From the NCBI GenBank assembly GCA_016929635.1, contig JAFGIL010000039.1, positions 3,251-67,250 on the forward strand: a stretch of 64,000 nt of DNA. The letters are read 5' to 3'. This stretch comes from Endomicrobiales bacterium (GTDB lineage: Bacteria > Elusimicrobiota > Endomicrobiia > Endomicrobiales > JAFGIL01). This document shows, piece by piece, positions 49,820-59,268 of this stretch (position 1 is its first letter; each line of letters starts with the position of its first letter). Below the pieces are notes generated by a model, which was given only the letters and a program-made list of their open reading frames with translations, had not been told where the DNA came from and did not search any database. The translations under genes were made by a program, and so were the position numbers.

Positions 49820-50767
49820 TTAGGTGTGTTTTTGGCACATATATGAGGCCAGTTTGATCGCTTCAATCATTGGTTTGGGGTCAGCGGTGTTCTTGCCTGC
49901 TATATCAAAACCTGTTCCGTGACCCGGGGATGTGCGTATAAAAGGGATTCCTGCTGTTACGTTTACAACTTTTCTTGGATCCAGGCACTTTAATCCTATC
50001 ATTGCCTGGTCATGATACATAGTGACCAATAAGTCAAACTCACCTTTTTTCATCTTAACCCAGGCGCTGTCACAGGGGATCGGCCCTGAAATATTCAATC
50101 CCAGATCCTTCAAAATATTTACAGCGGGTAAAATGAACATCCTGTCTTCTTTTCCTAAAATACCGCCCTCTCCTCCGTGAGGATTTAAGGAACATACTGC
50201 AATTTTAGGGTTCCTTATGTTCAATCTTTTTTTGAGGAATTCTGAACTCATAAGAGTCGTATTTTTTATTTTATCTATTGTAAGGTTCCTGCCCACCTCT
50301 GAAACAGGCATGTGCCGCGTAACCATGGCTGTCCGGAGCTTACCGGCAATCATTAACATCGCAAACTCTTTTGAGCTTGTTATGGCTGCCAAAAGTTCGG
50401 TCTGCCCGGGATAATTAACCCCCGCCAGTTTCATTGCTTCCTTCGAAACTGGGGCGGTGACCATGGCGTCCGCAACTCCGTTTTCTGCGACCTCAACTGC
50501 TTTAAGCAAAAGTTCATATGAATACCTGCCCGACTCTTTGGAGATTCTGCCCGGCTTAATTCTTTCCTTGTTATCAAAAGAGACTTCCAAAAAGTTTAGT
50601 TTGAATTTTTTCTTTATGTTTTGATAGTTCGGAATTAACTGGCGGTCACATATTACGATTGGTTTGCATGCTTTGTAGATATCTTTGCTGGAAAGAGATT
50701 TGCTTACAACTTCAGGTCCAATACCTGCCGGATCTCCTATGGTAATTGCTATGCGGGGAAGTAACAT
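49820..50767 (-). CDS. pdxA: 4-hydroxythreonine-4-phosphate dehydrogenase
   Basis: IAITIGDPAGIGPEV N-terminus, plus HDQAMIGLK and TSPGHGTGFDIAG motifs. Confidence 0.9.
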   Translation of the reverse strand: MLLPRIAITIGDPAGIGPEVVSKSLSSKDIYKACKPIVICDRQLIPNYQNIKKKFKLNFLEVSFDNKERIKPGRISKESGRYSYELLLKAVEVAENGVADAMVTAPVSKEAMKLAGVNYPGQTELLAAITSSKEFAMLMIAGKLRTAMVTRHMPVSEVGRNLTIDKIKNTTLMSSEFLKKRLNIRNPKIAVCSLNPHGGEGGILGKEDRMFILPAVNILKDLGLNISGPIPCDSAWVKMKKGEFDLLVTMYHDQAMIGLKCLDPRKVVNVTAGIPFIRTSPGHGTGFDIAGKNTADPKPMIEAIKLASYMCQKHT

Positions 50768-50772
50768 CTTTT

Positions 50773-50843
50773 TAGATACTTAATTCTCGATTCTCGATTT
50801 CAAAAACTTAGCATCGAGCATCTGGCATCGAGTATCGAGTATC
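50773..50843. repeat. Heptamer-word inverted module (t-x-GAT-x-C x4 ... g-y-ATCGA x4)
   Basis: tagatac ttaattc tcgattc tcgattt, a spacer caaaaactta, then gcatcga gcatctg gcatcga gtatcga gtatc. It lies between the pdxA start and the surA-like stop. Confidence 0.6.
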
Positions 50844-50849
50844 TATACG

Positions 50850-51902
50850 TTATTCGAGTTCGTTTATTTTAATAGTTGCCTTTGATCTTAGTTTTTCAAT
50901 CCACTTTTCGTATTTTTTCTGAGCATTTTTCTGATATAAATACTGCTGCAGGTCAGGTTGGGCATCTTCATATTTAAACTTGCGGCTGGCTCTTTTCTCT
51001 TCCACCTTGATAATGTGATATCCAAAATCAGTCAATACGGGTTCTGAAATCCCGCCAACGTCAAGGGAAAACGCGGCTTTTTCAAATTCCGGGACCATAT
51101 CGCCCTTGGCAAAATACCCCAAATCACCGCCGCGGTTTGCAGAACCTGAATCCTCTGAGTATTCTTCCACCATATCCCTGAAATCAGCTCCATTATCAAG
51201 TTTCCTTTTAATCTCCTTTATCTTCTTGAGAGCCGCGGATTTCTCCTTCATGGACGCATTTTTATCCAGCTGAATTAATATATGGCTTGCCCTGATTTGT
51301 TCAGACGTCGCACGCTTAAAGATCTGGGCCAGCTTTTCAAGATCCTCTTCATCCTCTTTTTTCAATCCCAGGTTCTTTCCGTCCATTTTTGCCTTAATCT
51401 GGTCAAACAATTTCTTGGTCTGTTCTTCGGTCGGCGTTTCAGTCTTTGCTTTTATCTCCTGTTCGGTCAGTTTCATAACCATCAGCTGTTCCTTGATTCT
51501 TTTTTCGAACTCAACCATTGAGATATCTTCTTTTTTTAACTCGCTTTGAAACTCGGATTCCGTTGTAAAACGGCTTTTCACCTGCTTTATGCCTTCCTCA
51601 ACATCCCTTTTTGAAACCCTTATCTTCTGGTTCCTGGCTTCCTGTTTCAGAATCCTGTCATCTATCATCTGGTCGAGGAGCCTCTGTTTCAACTCCCGGG
51701 TTTTCTCGGGAGTCTGTTCTCCAAGGGGTGTTGCCATTTTATATTGTTCAAGTACCGGCTCGACAATTTTATCAAACTCAGATAGCATAATTGCCTCACC
51801 GTTTACTATAGCCAGCGTCCTGTCAACGACCTTGGCGCTCAGATAATTAAAGGAAAATATAAATAATAATAAAGCCAGAAACAAATAACGTAAAACAAAC
51901 AT
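50850..51902 (-). CDS. surA: SurA-like periplasmic chaperone / parvulin-type peptidyl-prolyl isomerase
   Basis: Signal peptide, SurA_N-like helical region and a PpiC parvulin domain (ASHILI...GGDLGYFAKGDMVPEFEKAAF...GYHIIKV). The synteny surA-pdxA is conserved. Confidence 0.7.
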   Translation of the reverse strand: MFVLRYLFLALLLFIFSFNYLSAKVVDRTLAIVNGEAIMLSEFDKIVEPVLEQYKMATPLGEQTPEKTRELKQRLLDQMIDDRILKQEARNQKIRVSKRDVEEGIKQVKSRFTTESEFQSELKKEDISMVEFEKRIKEQLMVMKLTEQEIKAKTETPTEEQTKKLFDQIKAKMDGKNLGLKKEDEEDLEKLAQIFKRATSEQIRASHILIQLDKNASMKEKSAALKKIKEIKRKLDNGADFRDMVEEYSEDSGSANRGGDLGYFAKGDMVPEFEKAAFSLDVGGISEPVLTDFGYHIIKVEEKRASRKFKYEDAQPDLQQYLYQKNAQKKYEKWIEKLRSKATIKINELE

Positions 51903-51927
51903 TTATGCCCTCCCGAAAATTCAAAAA

Positions 51928-52842
51928 TTATTCTTCAGTTTTATATTCTGCGCCCATCTCATCTTCATCAATCGATTCAGATTCAAACGGTATCTGTGCA
52001 ATTGCATCATTGTCGATTTTCATGTTATATCTTTCTTTAACCAGCTCAAGCCATGCGTCAAACTTGTTTTTTTCCAAAACTTTAATAATTTCGTCTCTCG
52101 CATCTTCCAATGAACGCTCAGGCAAGACCTTTTCGCTTATTTTTTCAATAATATGATATCCAAACTGCGTCTCTACTACATCCGAAATCTTTCCTTTTTT
52201 TAAAGGAAAAACCACTTTTTCGAATTCAGGTATCAAATCACCCTTCCTGAAAGGGCCGATCTCCCCTCCGCGGCTGGAAGATATGGGATCAATGGAAAGC
52301 TCCCTGGCAACCTTCCCGAAATTTTCGCCGGATTTTATTCTAGACAATGCTTTTTCTGCATCTTCCCTTGTTGCCAGGAGAATATGCCTTGCTTTTATCT
52401 CCAGGGGCTTTTTATATTCAGCTTCATGTTCCTGGTAGTACTTCTCGATTTCATCGTCGGATGAACTGATCTCCTGTTCATGCAAATCCTTTATAAAAAG
52501 CTCAACAAGGAGGCTCTCTTTATATTCTTCAAACTGTTTTTTCTGGTCTTTTTCGAAACCTTCAACAGCTTCCTTATAATCTTTCCTTTTATCGTACTTC
52601 TTTTGTCTGGCTGCCTCAACAACAGCTCTTTCCCTGGATAACAAGTCAATAAACTGCTTTCTCCCGGCAGAGGTATTCAAATAGCTCTTTAATGTTGACG
52701 GGGCGTTATTTATACGTTCTTCAACCATCTCCAGTGTCATTTTATCGTTGCCTACCTGCAAAACAACTTTTTTCTTATCAGACTTGGCGCAAGCCGATAA
52801 TATAACCATAAATAAACAGCTAAAATATAAATATTTTGACAT
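51928..52842 (-). CDS. PrsA/PpiC-type parvulin peptidyl-prolyl isomerase lipoprotein
   Basis: A lipobox-like ILSAC, then a parvulin domain ARHILL...GGEIGPFRKGDLIPEFEKVVF...GYHIIEK. Confidence 0.7.
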   Translation of the reverse strand: MSKYLYFSCLFMVILSACAKSDKKKVVLQVGNDKMTLEMVEERINNAPSTLKSYLNTSAGRKQFIDLLSRERAVVEAARQKKYDKRKDYKEAVEGFEKDQKKQFEEYKESLLVELFIKDLHEQEISSSDDEIEKYYQEHEAEYKKPLEIKARHILLATREDAEKALSRIKSGENFGKVARELSIDPISSSRGGEIGPFRKGDLIPEFEKVVFPLKKGKISDVVETQFGYHIIEKISEKVLPERSLEDARDEIIKVLEKNKFDAWLELVKERYNMKIDNDAIAQIPFESESIDEDEMGAEYKTEE

Positions 52843-52900
52843 TAATTAATCCCCTTTATTTATTAGTGAGTTTTTATATTAACATATTTATATATTAAAG

Positions 52901-55093
52901 TCAAATAATTTTCTTAAATCTGTACCACCATTGAAAACTCAGCAATTTCAGCAAAAAAAACAGCAATAATGTCCTACCGAGGCCCCAGGCGGGCATTAAA
53001 ACTGCGCTTCCAATAAGGCCTGCTGCCCATCCGCCAATTAAATCAGCGGCGTAAATACCCCCTGCAACCGCCCCTTCCTTCACATTTAAAAACCTTGACT
53101 TTGCTGATACGATAAGCGGAAACTCAAGCCCCAAAATCATTCCGGAACCGCATGAGAAAACAAATAATAACGGCCAGCTAACCAGGAAAACCTTTATGGC
53201 AACCCACCAAACAACGATCCAGAGACAAAAAACAGACTCTAGATTCATCAATATTTTGAAAACCGGCCGCCCTAAATCAACTTTCCTGATTATTCCTGAA
53301 CCCAGAGCCAGTCCAGCCATAAAAACAGCGCTTAAAAGACCTATCCAGTAATAGATGTTTCCGCTGTAAACCTGCAGAGCCCATATGCTGGCCATCTGCA
53401 ACCCCATACCAGCAGCGCCTGATGTAAATGCAGTTCCTGCAAACCCGATCCTGTTTGACAGCAGCCACAAAAACACTAGTATCCAAAAAATCCATGAATA
53501 TTTTATGATTAAGCTGTAGATTTTAGAGAATTTCGGCGAGAAAACCGACTGCCAGTCAGAAAGAGTATAGAGCAGCGCAAAAGGAGCAAAATCCCTGTTT
53601 ACCAAATTATAGGGTTTCCCTGTATAGTCCTTTAATCTTGAGTTCAGCCATTCCTCTTTCTCTGGATCCAGCCTGTATTTTATATATGTATCGGATATAA
53701 ACTCCGTTTTCAGATTCCTTTCCAAAAATCTGTTTATGACTGTCCGGTTTTCTGCAATGCCGGAATCATTGGAAGCAATAAATATTGTATTTTCACCCGG
53801 TATTATTTTTAAGGAGGCAAATACCTGTTCGATGGTTCTTCTCATTAGGGAAAAAAGTTTTGCCTGGTTATCATTGATATAAACCAGTGAGCCCGGCAAT
53901 TTAAAAGCGAATAAACCGTTATCTTTTAGTCTATTTTTTATTAACTTGAAAAATTCAACTGAAAAAAATCTATTTAACGATAGGGTCGCAGGCGATGAAA
54001 CCCCCAGCAATATAACATCAAATTTATTTTCAGTCTTTTTAAGGAAATTCCTGCCGTCAGAATAATGTATCTCAAGACGCTGATTCTCAAACTCGTTTTC
54101 CATGCCTTCCGGCCGGTTATTCTTTAGTGTCTTTATAAGCCAGGGATCCTGCTCAACGTAGTCTATCTTACCTGCAGAGTGGTTTAATATCGCAGGAATA
54201 TATTTAGCTGCCCCGCCTATCAACAATACGCTTTCGGGGTTGCTGTGAAATAACAGGGTAAGGTGACCGAATTCCTCAATACCTGCAACATCCCTGTAAG
54301 GAAAGGTAAGCAAAGGCAGGCTGTTTGACAAAAAATACTTTTCGCTGTCTTTTTGGGCAACAACAATCTGGGAATAAGGCGAGTTTACCAGCTCTTTAAC
54401 CTCGTAATTTCTGTATAATCTAGAAATAGTTATATCTTCGAGCTTTGCAGATATGAAAGGTATGATTATACTTGCAGCTAATACAACCAAATTCATAATA
54501 TTGCGGATCCTTCTCTGTTCAATCAGCCGTATAGCCATAAAAACACATAAAAACATCAGTATTAAAACTGTTGTTGAGGCATTGCTAAATTTCAGGAATA
54601 TAAATGTAAAGCAGACCCCTCCTGCAAGATAACCCAGAGACTCCCATAAATAAATTCTTCCCGCAGGTAGCTTTGTTTCATATTCCTCTATCCATCTGAC
54701 CCCCAAACTAAATTGTGCTCCTATAAACGCACTCAAAGAAAACAAAACAACAAATGAGCTCCATATTGTATCGCCAAGAGAAATCCCTTCTCCCGGGAAT
54801 AATCTGAGCACGTAACGCAGATTCCTTATCAGAATAAAAGAGAAAAAAACATTCGCAGCAATCAATAAAAAAGTTATTATCAACCCGGTTCTTGGCTTTA
54901 TTCTTTTACTGAAAAAAGAAGAGCCTGCGATAAAACTTCCCGAAGCCACCCCTATAAGCCAGTTTGACAGAATCACCCCTATTGAAAGCTCGTTGCCGCA
55001 GAAAATAACCAGCATCTCCCGCAGGAACAGGGTTTGAATGATTACAGAAATAAATCCCGCAAAAAAGAATATTAAATTTGGCATAATCCCCAT
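52901..55093 (-). CDS. Polytopic membrane protein fused to a spermidine/spermine synthase-like methyltransferase-fold domain
   Basis: About 7 TM helices at the N-terminus and about 5 at the C-terminus flank LLIGGAAKYIP....IDYVEQDP...DVILLGVSSPATLSLNRFFSVEFF, which resembles the aminopropyltransferase core. Confidence 0.6.
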   Translation of the reverse strand: MGIMPNLIFFFAGFISVIIQTLFLREMLVIFCGNELSIGVILSNWLIGVASGSFIAGSSFFSKRIKPRTGLIITFLLIAANVFFSFILIRNLRYVLRLFPGEGISLGDTIWSSFVVLFSLSAFIGAQFSLGVRWIEEYETKLPAGRIYLWESLGYLAGGVCFTFIFLKFSNASTTVLILMFLCVFMAIRLIEQRRIRNIMNLVVLAASIIIPFISAKLEDITISRLYRNYEVKELVNSPYSQIVVAQKDSEKYFLSNSLPLLTFPYRDVAGIEEFGHLTLLFHSNPESVLLIGGAAKYIPAILNHSAGKIDYVEQDPWLIKTLKNNRPEGMENEFENQRLEIHYSDGRNFLKKTENKFDVILLGVSSPATLSLNRFFSVEFFKLIKNRLKDNGLFAFKLPGSLVYINDNQAKLFSLMRRTIEQVFASLKIIPGENTIFIASNDSGIAENRTVINRFLERNLKTEFISDTYIKYRLDPEKEEWLNSRLKDYTGKPYNLVNRDFAPFALLYTLSDWQSVFSPKFSKIYSLIIKYSWIFWILVFLWLLSNRIGFAGTAFTSGAAGMGLQMASIWALQVYSGNIYYWIGLLSAVFMAGLALGSGIIRKVDLGRPVFKILMNLESVFCLWIVVWWVAIKVFLVSWPLLFVFSCGSGMILGLEFPLIVSAKSRFLNVKEGAVAGGIYAADLIGGWAAGLIGSAVLMPAWGLGRTLLLFFLLKLLSFQWWYRFKKII

Positions 55094-55127
55094 ATGTACT
55101 CCTCAATTATTTGAAACTTAAAGAAAA

Positions 55128-55198
55128 CACGTAGGGACAGGCGCTTGCCTGCCCGCTTTTTCGTTCATTTTCAGGGCGACCAAGGTCGCCACTACGTG
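55128..55198. repeat. GC-rich nested-hairpin element (cacgtaggg...ccactacgtg), related to 14326..14400
   Basis: It shares cgtaggg and cctgcccg with the 14326 element and has an inner hairpin gggcgacc-aa-ggtcgcc. It lies in the divergent intergenic region. Confidence 0.55.
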
Positions 55199-55256
55199 CT
55201 TAAAGATCAAAATGAAAAAACTGCTCTATTCCCTATTCTATCAAAAATTAATTGTA

Positions 55257-55284
55257 TTGAAAACAATTTATATTTTGCTATAAT
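55257..55284 (+). promoter_or_regulatory. Sigma70-like promoter (TTGAAA-N16-TATAAT) ending 9 nt before the radical-SAM ATG
   Basis: TTGAAA at 55257..55262 and TATAAT at 55279..55284; the ATG is at 55294. No SD lies between them. Confidence 0.4.
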
Positions 55285-55293
55285 ATAAATACA

Positions 55294-56370
55294 ATGAGCA
55301 CAAAGAAAAAAATCACGATATCCTTCACTATTTTGTTCCTTTTTTCAGTTTCCGCAGCCCTTTCAAAAGAAGCCAAATATTACGAAAAACTGCCGTCAGG
55401 AGAGGTTCAATGCCTTTTATGCCCAAGGGAGTGCCTGATAAAGGAAGGGCAGGTCGGCAACTGCCGGGTAAGAAAAAACGTAAACGGAGTGCTTGAATCT
55501 ATTGTATATGCCAAACCCTGTTCCGTAAACCTTGACCCTATCGAAAAAAAACCCTTGTTTCATTTCCTGCCCGGCACGCCTTCCTTGTCAATAGCTACTG
55601 TCGGTTGCAACTTAAGATGTGTGTTCTGTCAGAACTGGAGCATATCACAGGTCGAACCTGATGATGTGAGATATACCAAATTGTTTCCTGAAGACATAGT
55701 TAAAATCGCAAAGGATAAAGGTGCTCCTTCAATATCATACACGTACAGCGAGCCAACCTCATTCTTCGAATATATGTACGACTGCTCACTTTTGGCAAGA
55801 AAAAACGGCATAAAAAATGTCTGGATAACATGCGGATACATTAATCAGGATCCTCTAAAGGAGCTCTGCACCGTGCTGGACGCTGCCAACGTTGACATTA
55901 AAGGCTTTTACAACAAAACGTACCGCTGGATTGCAGGGGCAAAAATAGACCCCATACTTGAAACCCTGAAAACCTTAAAGGAAAAGGGGGTCTGGCTTGA
56001 GGTTGGATACCTGGTGATACCCACAGTAAACGACAGCGACGAGGAAATAGATGCAATGCTTGAATGGTTTATCCAGAATCTGGGGCCGGATGTCCCGCTC
56101 CATTTCCTGCGTTTTTTTCCCCAGCATAAACTCACCAACCTGCCCCCTACTCCGATAACCACGCTCGAAAAGATATACGAGAAAGCGAAAAAATCAGGCA
56201 TTAACTATGTATATATAGGTAACGTGCCCGGACATAAGGCAAATCATACATACTGTCCTAAATGCAAAAAAATGATAATAGAGAGGAAAGGGTATTTCCT
56301 GAAGCAATTCAATATAAAAAACGGACGGTGTAAGTACTGCGGACAAAAAATTTCAGGAGTATGGGAATGA
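55294..56370 (+). CDS. amrS: AmmeMemoRadiSam system radical SAM enzyme with an N-terminal hydrophobic signal/anchor
   Basis: CNLRCVFCQNW radical-SAM cluster motif and an upstream Cys-rich QCLLCPRECLIKEGQVGNCRVR. It is adjacent to the Memo/AMMECR1 gene. Confidence 0.85.
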   Translation: MSTKKKITISFTILFLFSVSAALSKEAKYYEKLPSGEVQCLLCPRECLIKEGQVGNCRVRKNVNGVLESIVYAKPCSVNLDPIEKKPLFHFLPGTPSLSIATVGCNLRCVFCQNWSISQVEPDDVRYTKLFPEDIVKIAKDKGAPSISYTYSEPTSFFEYMYDCSLLARKNGIKNVWITCGYINQDPLKELCTVLDAANVDIKGFYNKTYRWIAGAKIDPILETLKTLKEKGVWLEVGYLVIPTVNDSDEEIDAMLEWFIQNLGPDVPLHFLRFFPQHKLTNLPPTPITTLEKIYEKAKKSGINYVYIGNVPGHKANHTYCPKCKKMIIERKGYFLKQFNIKNGRCKYCGQKISGVWE

Positions 56371-57947
56371 AATCCACGGGATTGCATAAAATTTTAAGCT
56401 ATAATATATTTAATAGACACAGATTTATTGTCTTTTTGCTGCTTTTGTCCCTTTTTGGATGCACGTATGCGGGCGATAAATCTGAAAATGTAAGGGCACC
56501 TGCTGTTGCAGGAAGGTTCTATCCGGGAAGCGCATCGGAACTCACCATTGCCGTTGATGACTTTCTTGGCAGAGTCCCTGACCAGAAAATAAAAGGTAAA
56601 CTCATAGCCCTGGTTTCCCCGCATGCAGGTTATGTATACTCCGGGCAAACAGCAGCGTACAGTTTCCAGCTCCTTAAAGATAAAAATATCGATACAGTGA
56701 TACTTATAGGAAACAGCCACAACACACTTTTAGACAAGGGGGCTGTATATACAAAAGGAAGTTTTAAAACGCCCCTGGGCAATGTACCAATTGACGAAAA
56801 GCTTGCCGCCAGTTTAATAAACAAGACTGATTTACTTGAGAAAAATACATATCCCCATAAACCCGAACACTCACTGGAAGTCGAGCTTCCTTTCCTGCAG
56901 CGCACGCTCAAAGAGTTTAAATTTGTACCGATACTTTTAAGCGGAAATTTTTCAATGGACGAATGTAAAAGACTGGGAAACGCGATATCCGAAGTCCTGA
57001 ACGAACTTAAATTAGCAAATAAGACAATTTTAGTCTGCTCTACGGACATGTCTCATTACCCCGCATGGGCAAACGCAAACATGTGTGACGGAAAAGCTTT
57101 AAAAGCAATAGAAAAATTCGACCCAGTATACCTGAAAAACGTTATCTCTGATATTATGGCTTTAAGAATCTCGAATTTAGCCTGCGTATTCTGCGGCGAG
57201 GAAGCTTTATACACTACAATGTATGCGGCAAAAAACCTTGGCGCAGACACCGTAAAAGTTCTGAATTATTCCAATTCGGGGGATATCTCCGGTGACAAAT
57301 CGCGCGTTGTCGGGTACGGAGCTATAGCATTACTAAATTCAAAAGAAAAAAATTCGGTTCTTGGAAGCAGTACAAGGAAAAAGGAGGGGAATGTGGACGA
57401 GTTTAAAATCAGTGAAAAAAATCAGAAAGAACTTCTAAAAATTGCAAGGGAGTCCATAAAGCAATATCTGACTACAAGAAAACTTCCAAAATTTGACACT
57501 AAAGATCCGGAATTATCTACCCCCAGGGCAGTTTTTGTCACTTTAAATAAAAATAAAAGACTTCGCGGATGTATCGGCACAACCGAACCGCAGGCTCCGT
57601 TGTGCGAAGCTGTAAGCCAGATGGCAATAGCTGCTGCTGTACAGGATTACCGTTTCCCTAAAGTAACTTTAGACGAACTGGACGATATACACATTGAAAT
57701 CTCAATTCTATCCCCGATGACCCGCACAAAAAACCCCGATGATATAATACCGCACAAACACGGCGTGGTTGTGCGCAGCGGCATGAGCCGCGGCGGCCTT
57801 TTTCTCCCTCAGGTCTGGGAGCATTTTGAAAACAAAGAGGACTTTATGGGAGAACTGTGTTCCCAAAAAGCGGGCTTGAGCAGAAATGCCTGGAAAGACC
57901 CTGCAACACAGCTTTATATTTTCACAGTCTTTGCCTTTGAAGAATAA
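56361..57947 (+). CDS. Fusion of AmmeMemoRadiSam protein B (MEMO1-like) and protein A (AMMECR1 domain); predicted lipoprotein signal
   Basis: The Memo part has AGRFYPG, SPHAGYVYSG and STDMSHY. The AMMECR1 part has FVTLNKNKRLRGCIGT and GLFLPQV. The N-terminus FLLLLSLFGC is lipobox-like. There is a 10-nt overlap with amrS. Confidence 0.8.
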   Translation: MGMKSTGLHKILSYNIFNRHRFIVFLLLLSLFGCTYAGDKSENVRAPAVAGRFYPGSASELTIAVDDFLGRVPDQKIKGKLIALVSPHAGYVYSGQTAAYSFQLLKDKNIDTVILIGNSHNTLLDKGAVYTKGSFKTPLGNVPIDEKLAASLINKTDLLEKNTYPHKPEHSLEVELPFLQRTLKEFKFVPILLSGNFSMDECKRLGNAISEVLNELKLANKTILVCSTDMSHYPAWANANMCDGKALKAIEKFDPVYLKNVISDIMALRISNLACVFCGEEALYTTMYAAKNLGADTVKVLNYSNSGDISGDKSRVVGYGAIALLNSKEKNSVLGSSTRKKEGNVDEFKISEKNQKELLKIARESIKQYLTTRKLPKFDTKDPELSTPRAVFVTLNKNKRLRGCIGTTEPQAPLCEAVSQMAIAAAVQDYRFPKVTLDELDDIHIEISILSPMTRTKNPDDIIPHKHGVVVRSGMSRGGLFLPQVWEHFENKEDFMGELCSQKAGLSRNAWKDPATQLYIFTVFAFEE

Positions 57948-57949
57948 AA

Positions 57950-58543
57950 ATGTTAAAAGGACTTCTGCTTGGACTTGCCAACAATATCGGATGTTTGACC
58001 GTATGCTCACCCATACTCCTGCCTTTCTTGCTTTCTGAAAAAACAAAGCCTGTAATGCCCATCTTGAAATTTATGGCAGGCAGATTAATCGCCTATTTGT
58101 TCTTCTCTGCAACCTTTGGTTACATAGGGCTGTATTTCGAAGGAAGGATAAACCCGAAGATATTCTCTTTTTTTCTGATTATCCTGAGCATCTGGCTCAT
58201 CGGATATTCATTATCCAAAACAAATCTAAATATACCTTTATGCAGCTGGTTAAGTAAATATTTTTCGGGACAGAATTTTCCTCTATTTGCAGGCATTGTG
58301 ATGGGACTAAACATATGTCCGCCGTTTTTAATCGGCTTGAGCCAGACCCTGGTTCTGGGAAGCGTATTCAAGTCAGTTATTTTTTTCATCGGATTCTATA
58401 TTGGTTCAAGCGCATGGCTGGTTCTGTTTCTTCTGGCAGGACCGTTATCCAGTAAAAAAGCAATAAGGATTACGGGTCAGGCGTTAACTTTAAGTGTAGG
58501 ATTATGGTATTTATACAAAGGGATTATCATTCTAATTGAATGA
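57950..58543 (+). CDS. Integral membrane protein, DsbD_2/CcdA-like (tentative)
   Basis: 197 aa with about 6 TM helices and a Cys pair in the first helix (GCLTVCSPILLP). It starts 3 nt after the Memo-AMMECR1 stop. Confidence 0.35.
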   Translation: MLKGLLLGLANNIGCLTVCSPILLPFLLSEKTKPVMPILKFMAGRLIAYLFFSATFGYIGLYFEGRINPKIFSFFLIILSIWLIGYSLSKTNLNIPLCSWLSKYFSGQNFPLFAGIVMGLNICPPFLIGLSQTLVLGSVFKSVIFFIGFYIGSSAWLVLFLLAGPLSSKKAIRITGQALTLSVGLWYLYKGIIILIE

Positions 58544-58554
58544 TTCCCCGTTAA

Positions 58555-58651
58555 ACGTCATTGCGAGGAGCATAGCGACGAAGCAATCTATCTTTGAAGA
58601 ACAAGATTGCTTCCTGTCTGCCGGCGGGCACGGCGCTACGCTCGCAATGAC
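58555..58651. repeat. Long GC-rich hairpin element (gtcattgcgag...ctcgcaatgac); probable bidirectional terminator
   Basis: The outer 11-bp perfect stem is gtcattgcgag/ctcgcaatgac and the inner stem is gaagcaatct/agattgcttc. It lies between convergent genes and shares words with 2787..2823. Confidence 0.6.
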
Positions 58652-58677
58652 ATAACTTTTCATCTTAAAATCAGGTT

Positions 58678-59253
58678 CTAGTAATTCTCGCAGAACAATT
58701 CGTAATATGCTCTCGGATGAGCGCATGCAGGACACTCTTCAGGGGCTTCTGGCCCTTCATGAATATATCCGCAGTTCCTGCATTTCCATTTTACTTTCTG
58801 TTCCCGCTTAAACACTTTTCCTGACTCCAGGTTATTAAGCAGCTTTAGGTATCTTTTCTCATGCGCAACTTCAACTAATGCTATTTCCCTGAAAATCTTT
58901 GCAATTTCCGGGAAACCTTCCTCATCAGCAACTTTTGCCGCTTCCGGATAAAGCTTAGTATGCTCTTCGTTCTCGCCTGCAGCAGCAGCTTTCAGGTTAT
59001 CTTTAGTCTTTCCGATAACTCCGGCCGGAAAAATACCTGAAATCTCAACAGCTCCTCCTTCAAGAAACTTAAAGAATTTCTTTGCGTGCTCTTTCTCGTT
59101 ATCCGCGGTCTCAATAAAAAAGCCCATTATCTGCTCGTAACCCTCCTTTTTAGCAGCAGATGCAAAATAAGTATAGCGGTTCCTTGCCTGAGACTCGCCT
59201 GCAAATGATGCTAAAAGATTTTTTTCTGTTTTTGTTCCTTTAACGCTCTTCAT
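58678..59253 (-). CDS. rbr: Rubrerythrin
   Basis: A ferritin-like diiron domain (EGESQARNRYTYFA, ENEEH) plus a C-terminal rubredoxin motif (CRNCGY...CPACAHP). Confidence 0.9.
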   Translation of the reverse strand: MKSVKGTKTEKNLLASFAGESQARNRYTYFASAAKKEGYEQIMGFFIETADNEKEHAKKFFKFLEGGAVEISGIFPAGVIGKTKDNLKAAAAGENEEHTKLYPEAAKVADEEGFPEIAKIFREIALVEVAHEKRYLKLLNNLESGKVFKREQKVKWKCRNCGYIHEGPEAPEECPACAHPRAYYELFCENY

Positions 59254-59268
59254 ACCATCCTCCTTTTA

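Noticed and set aside
6301-50843. The heptamer-word repeat modules considered as possible CRISPR arrays or mini-arrays.
   Set aside because: The repeat units are 7 nt and directly abutting, with no 25-40-nt unique spacers. The arms are complementary to each other, and no cas genes are present. These are not CRISPR arrays.
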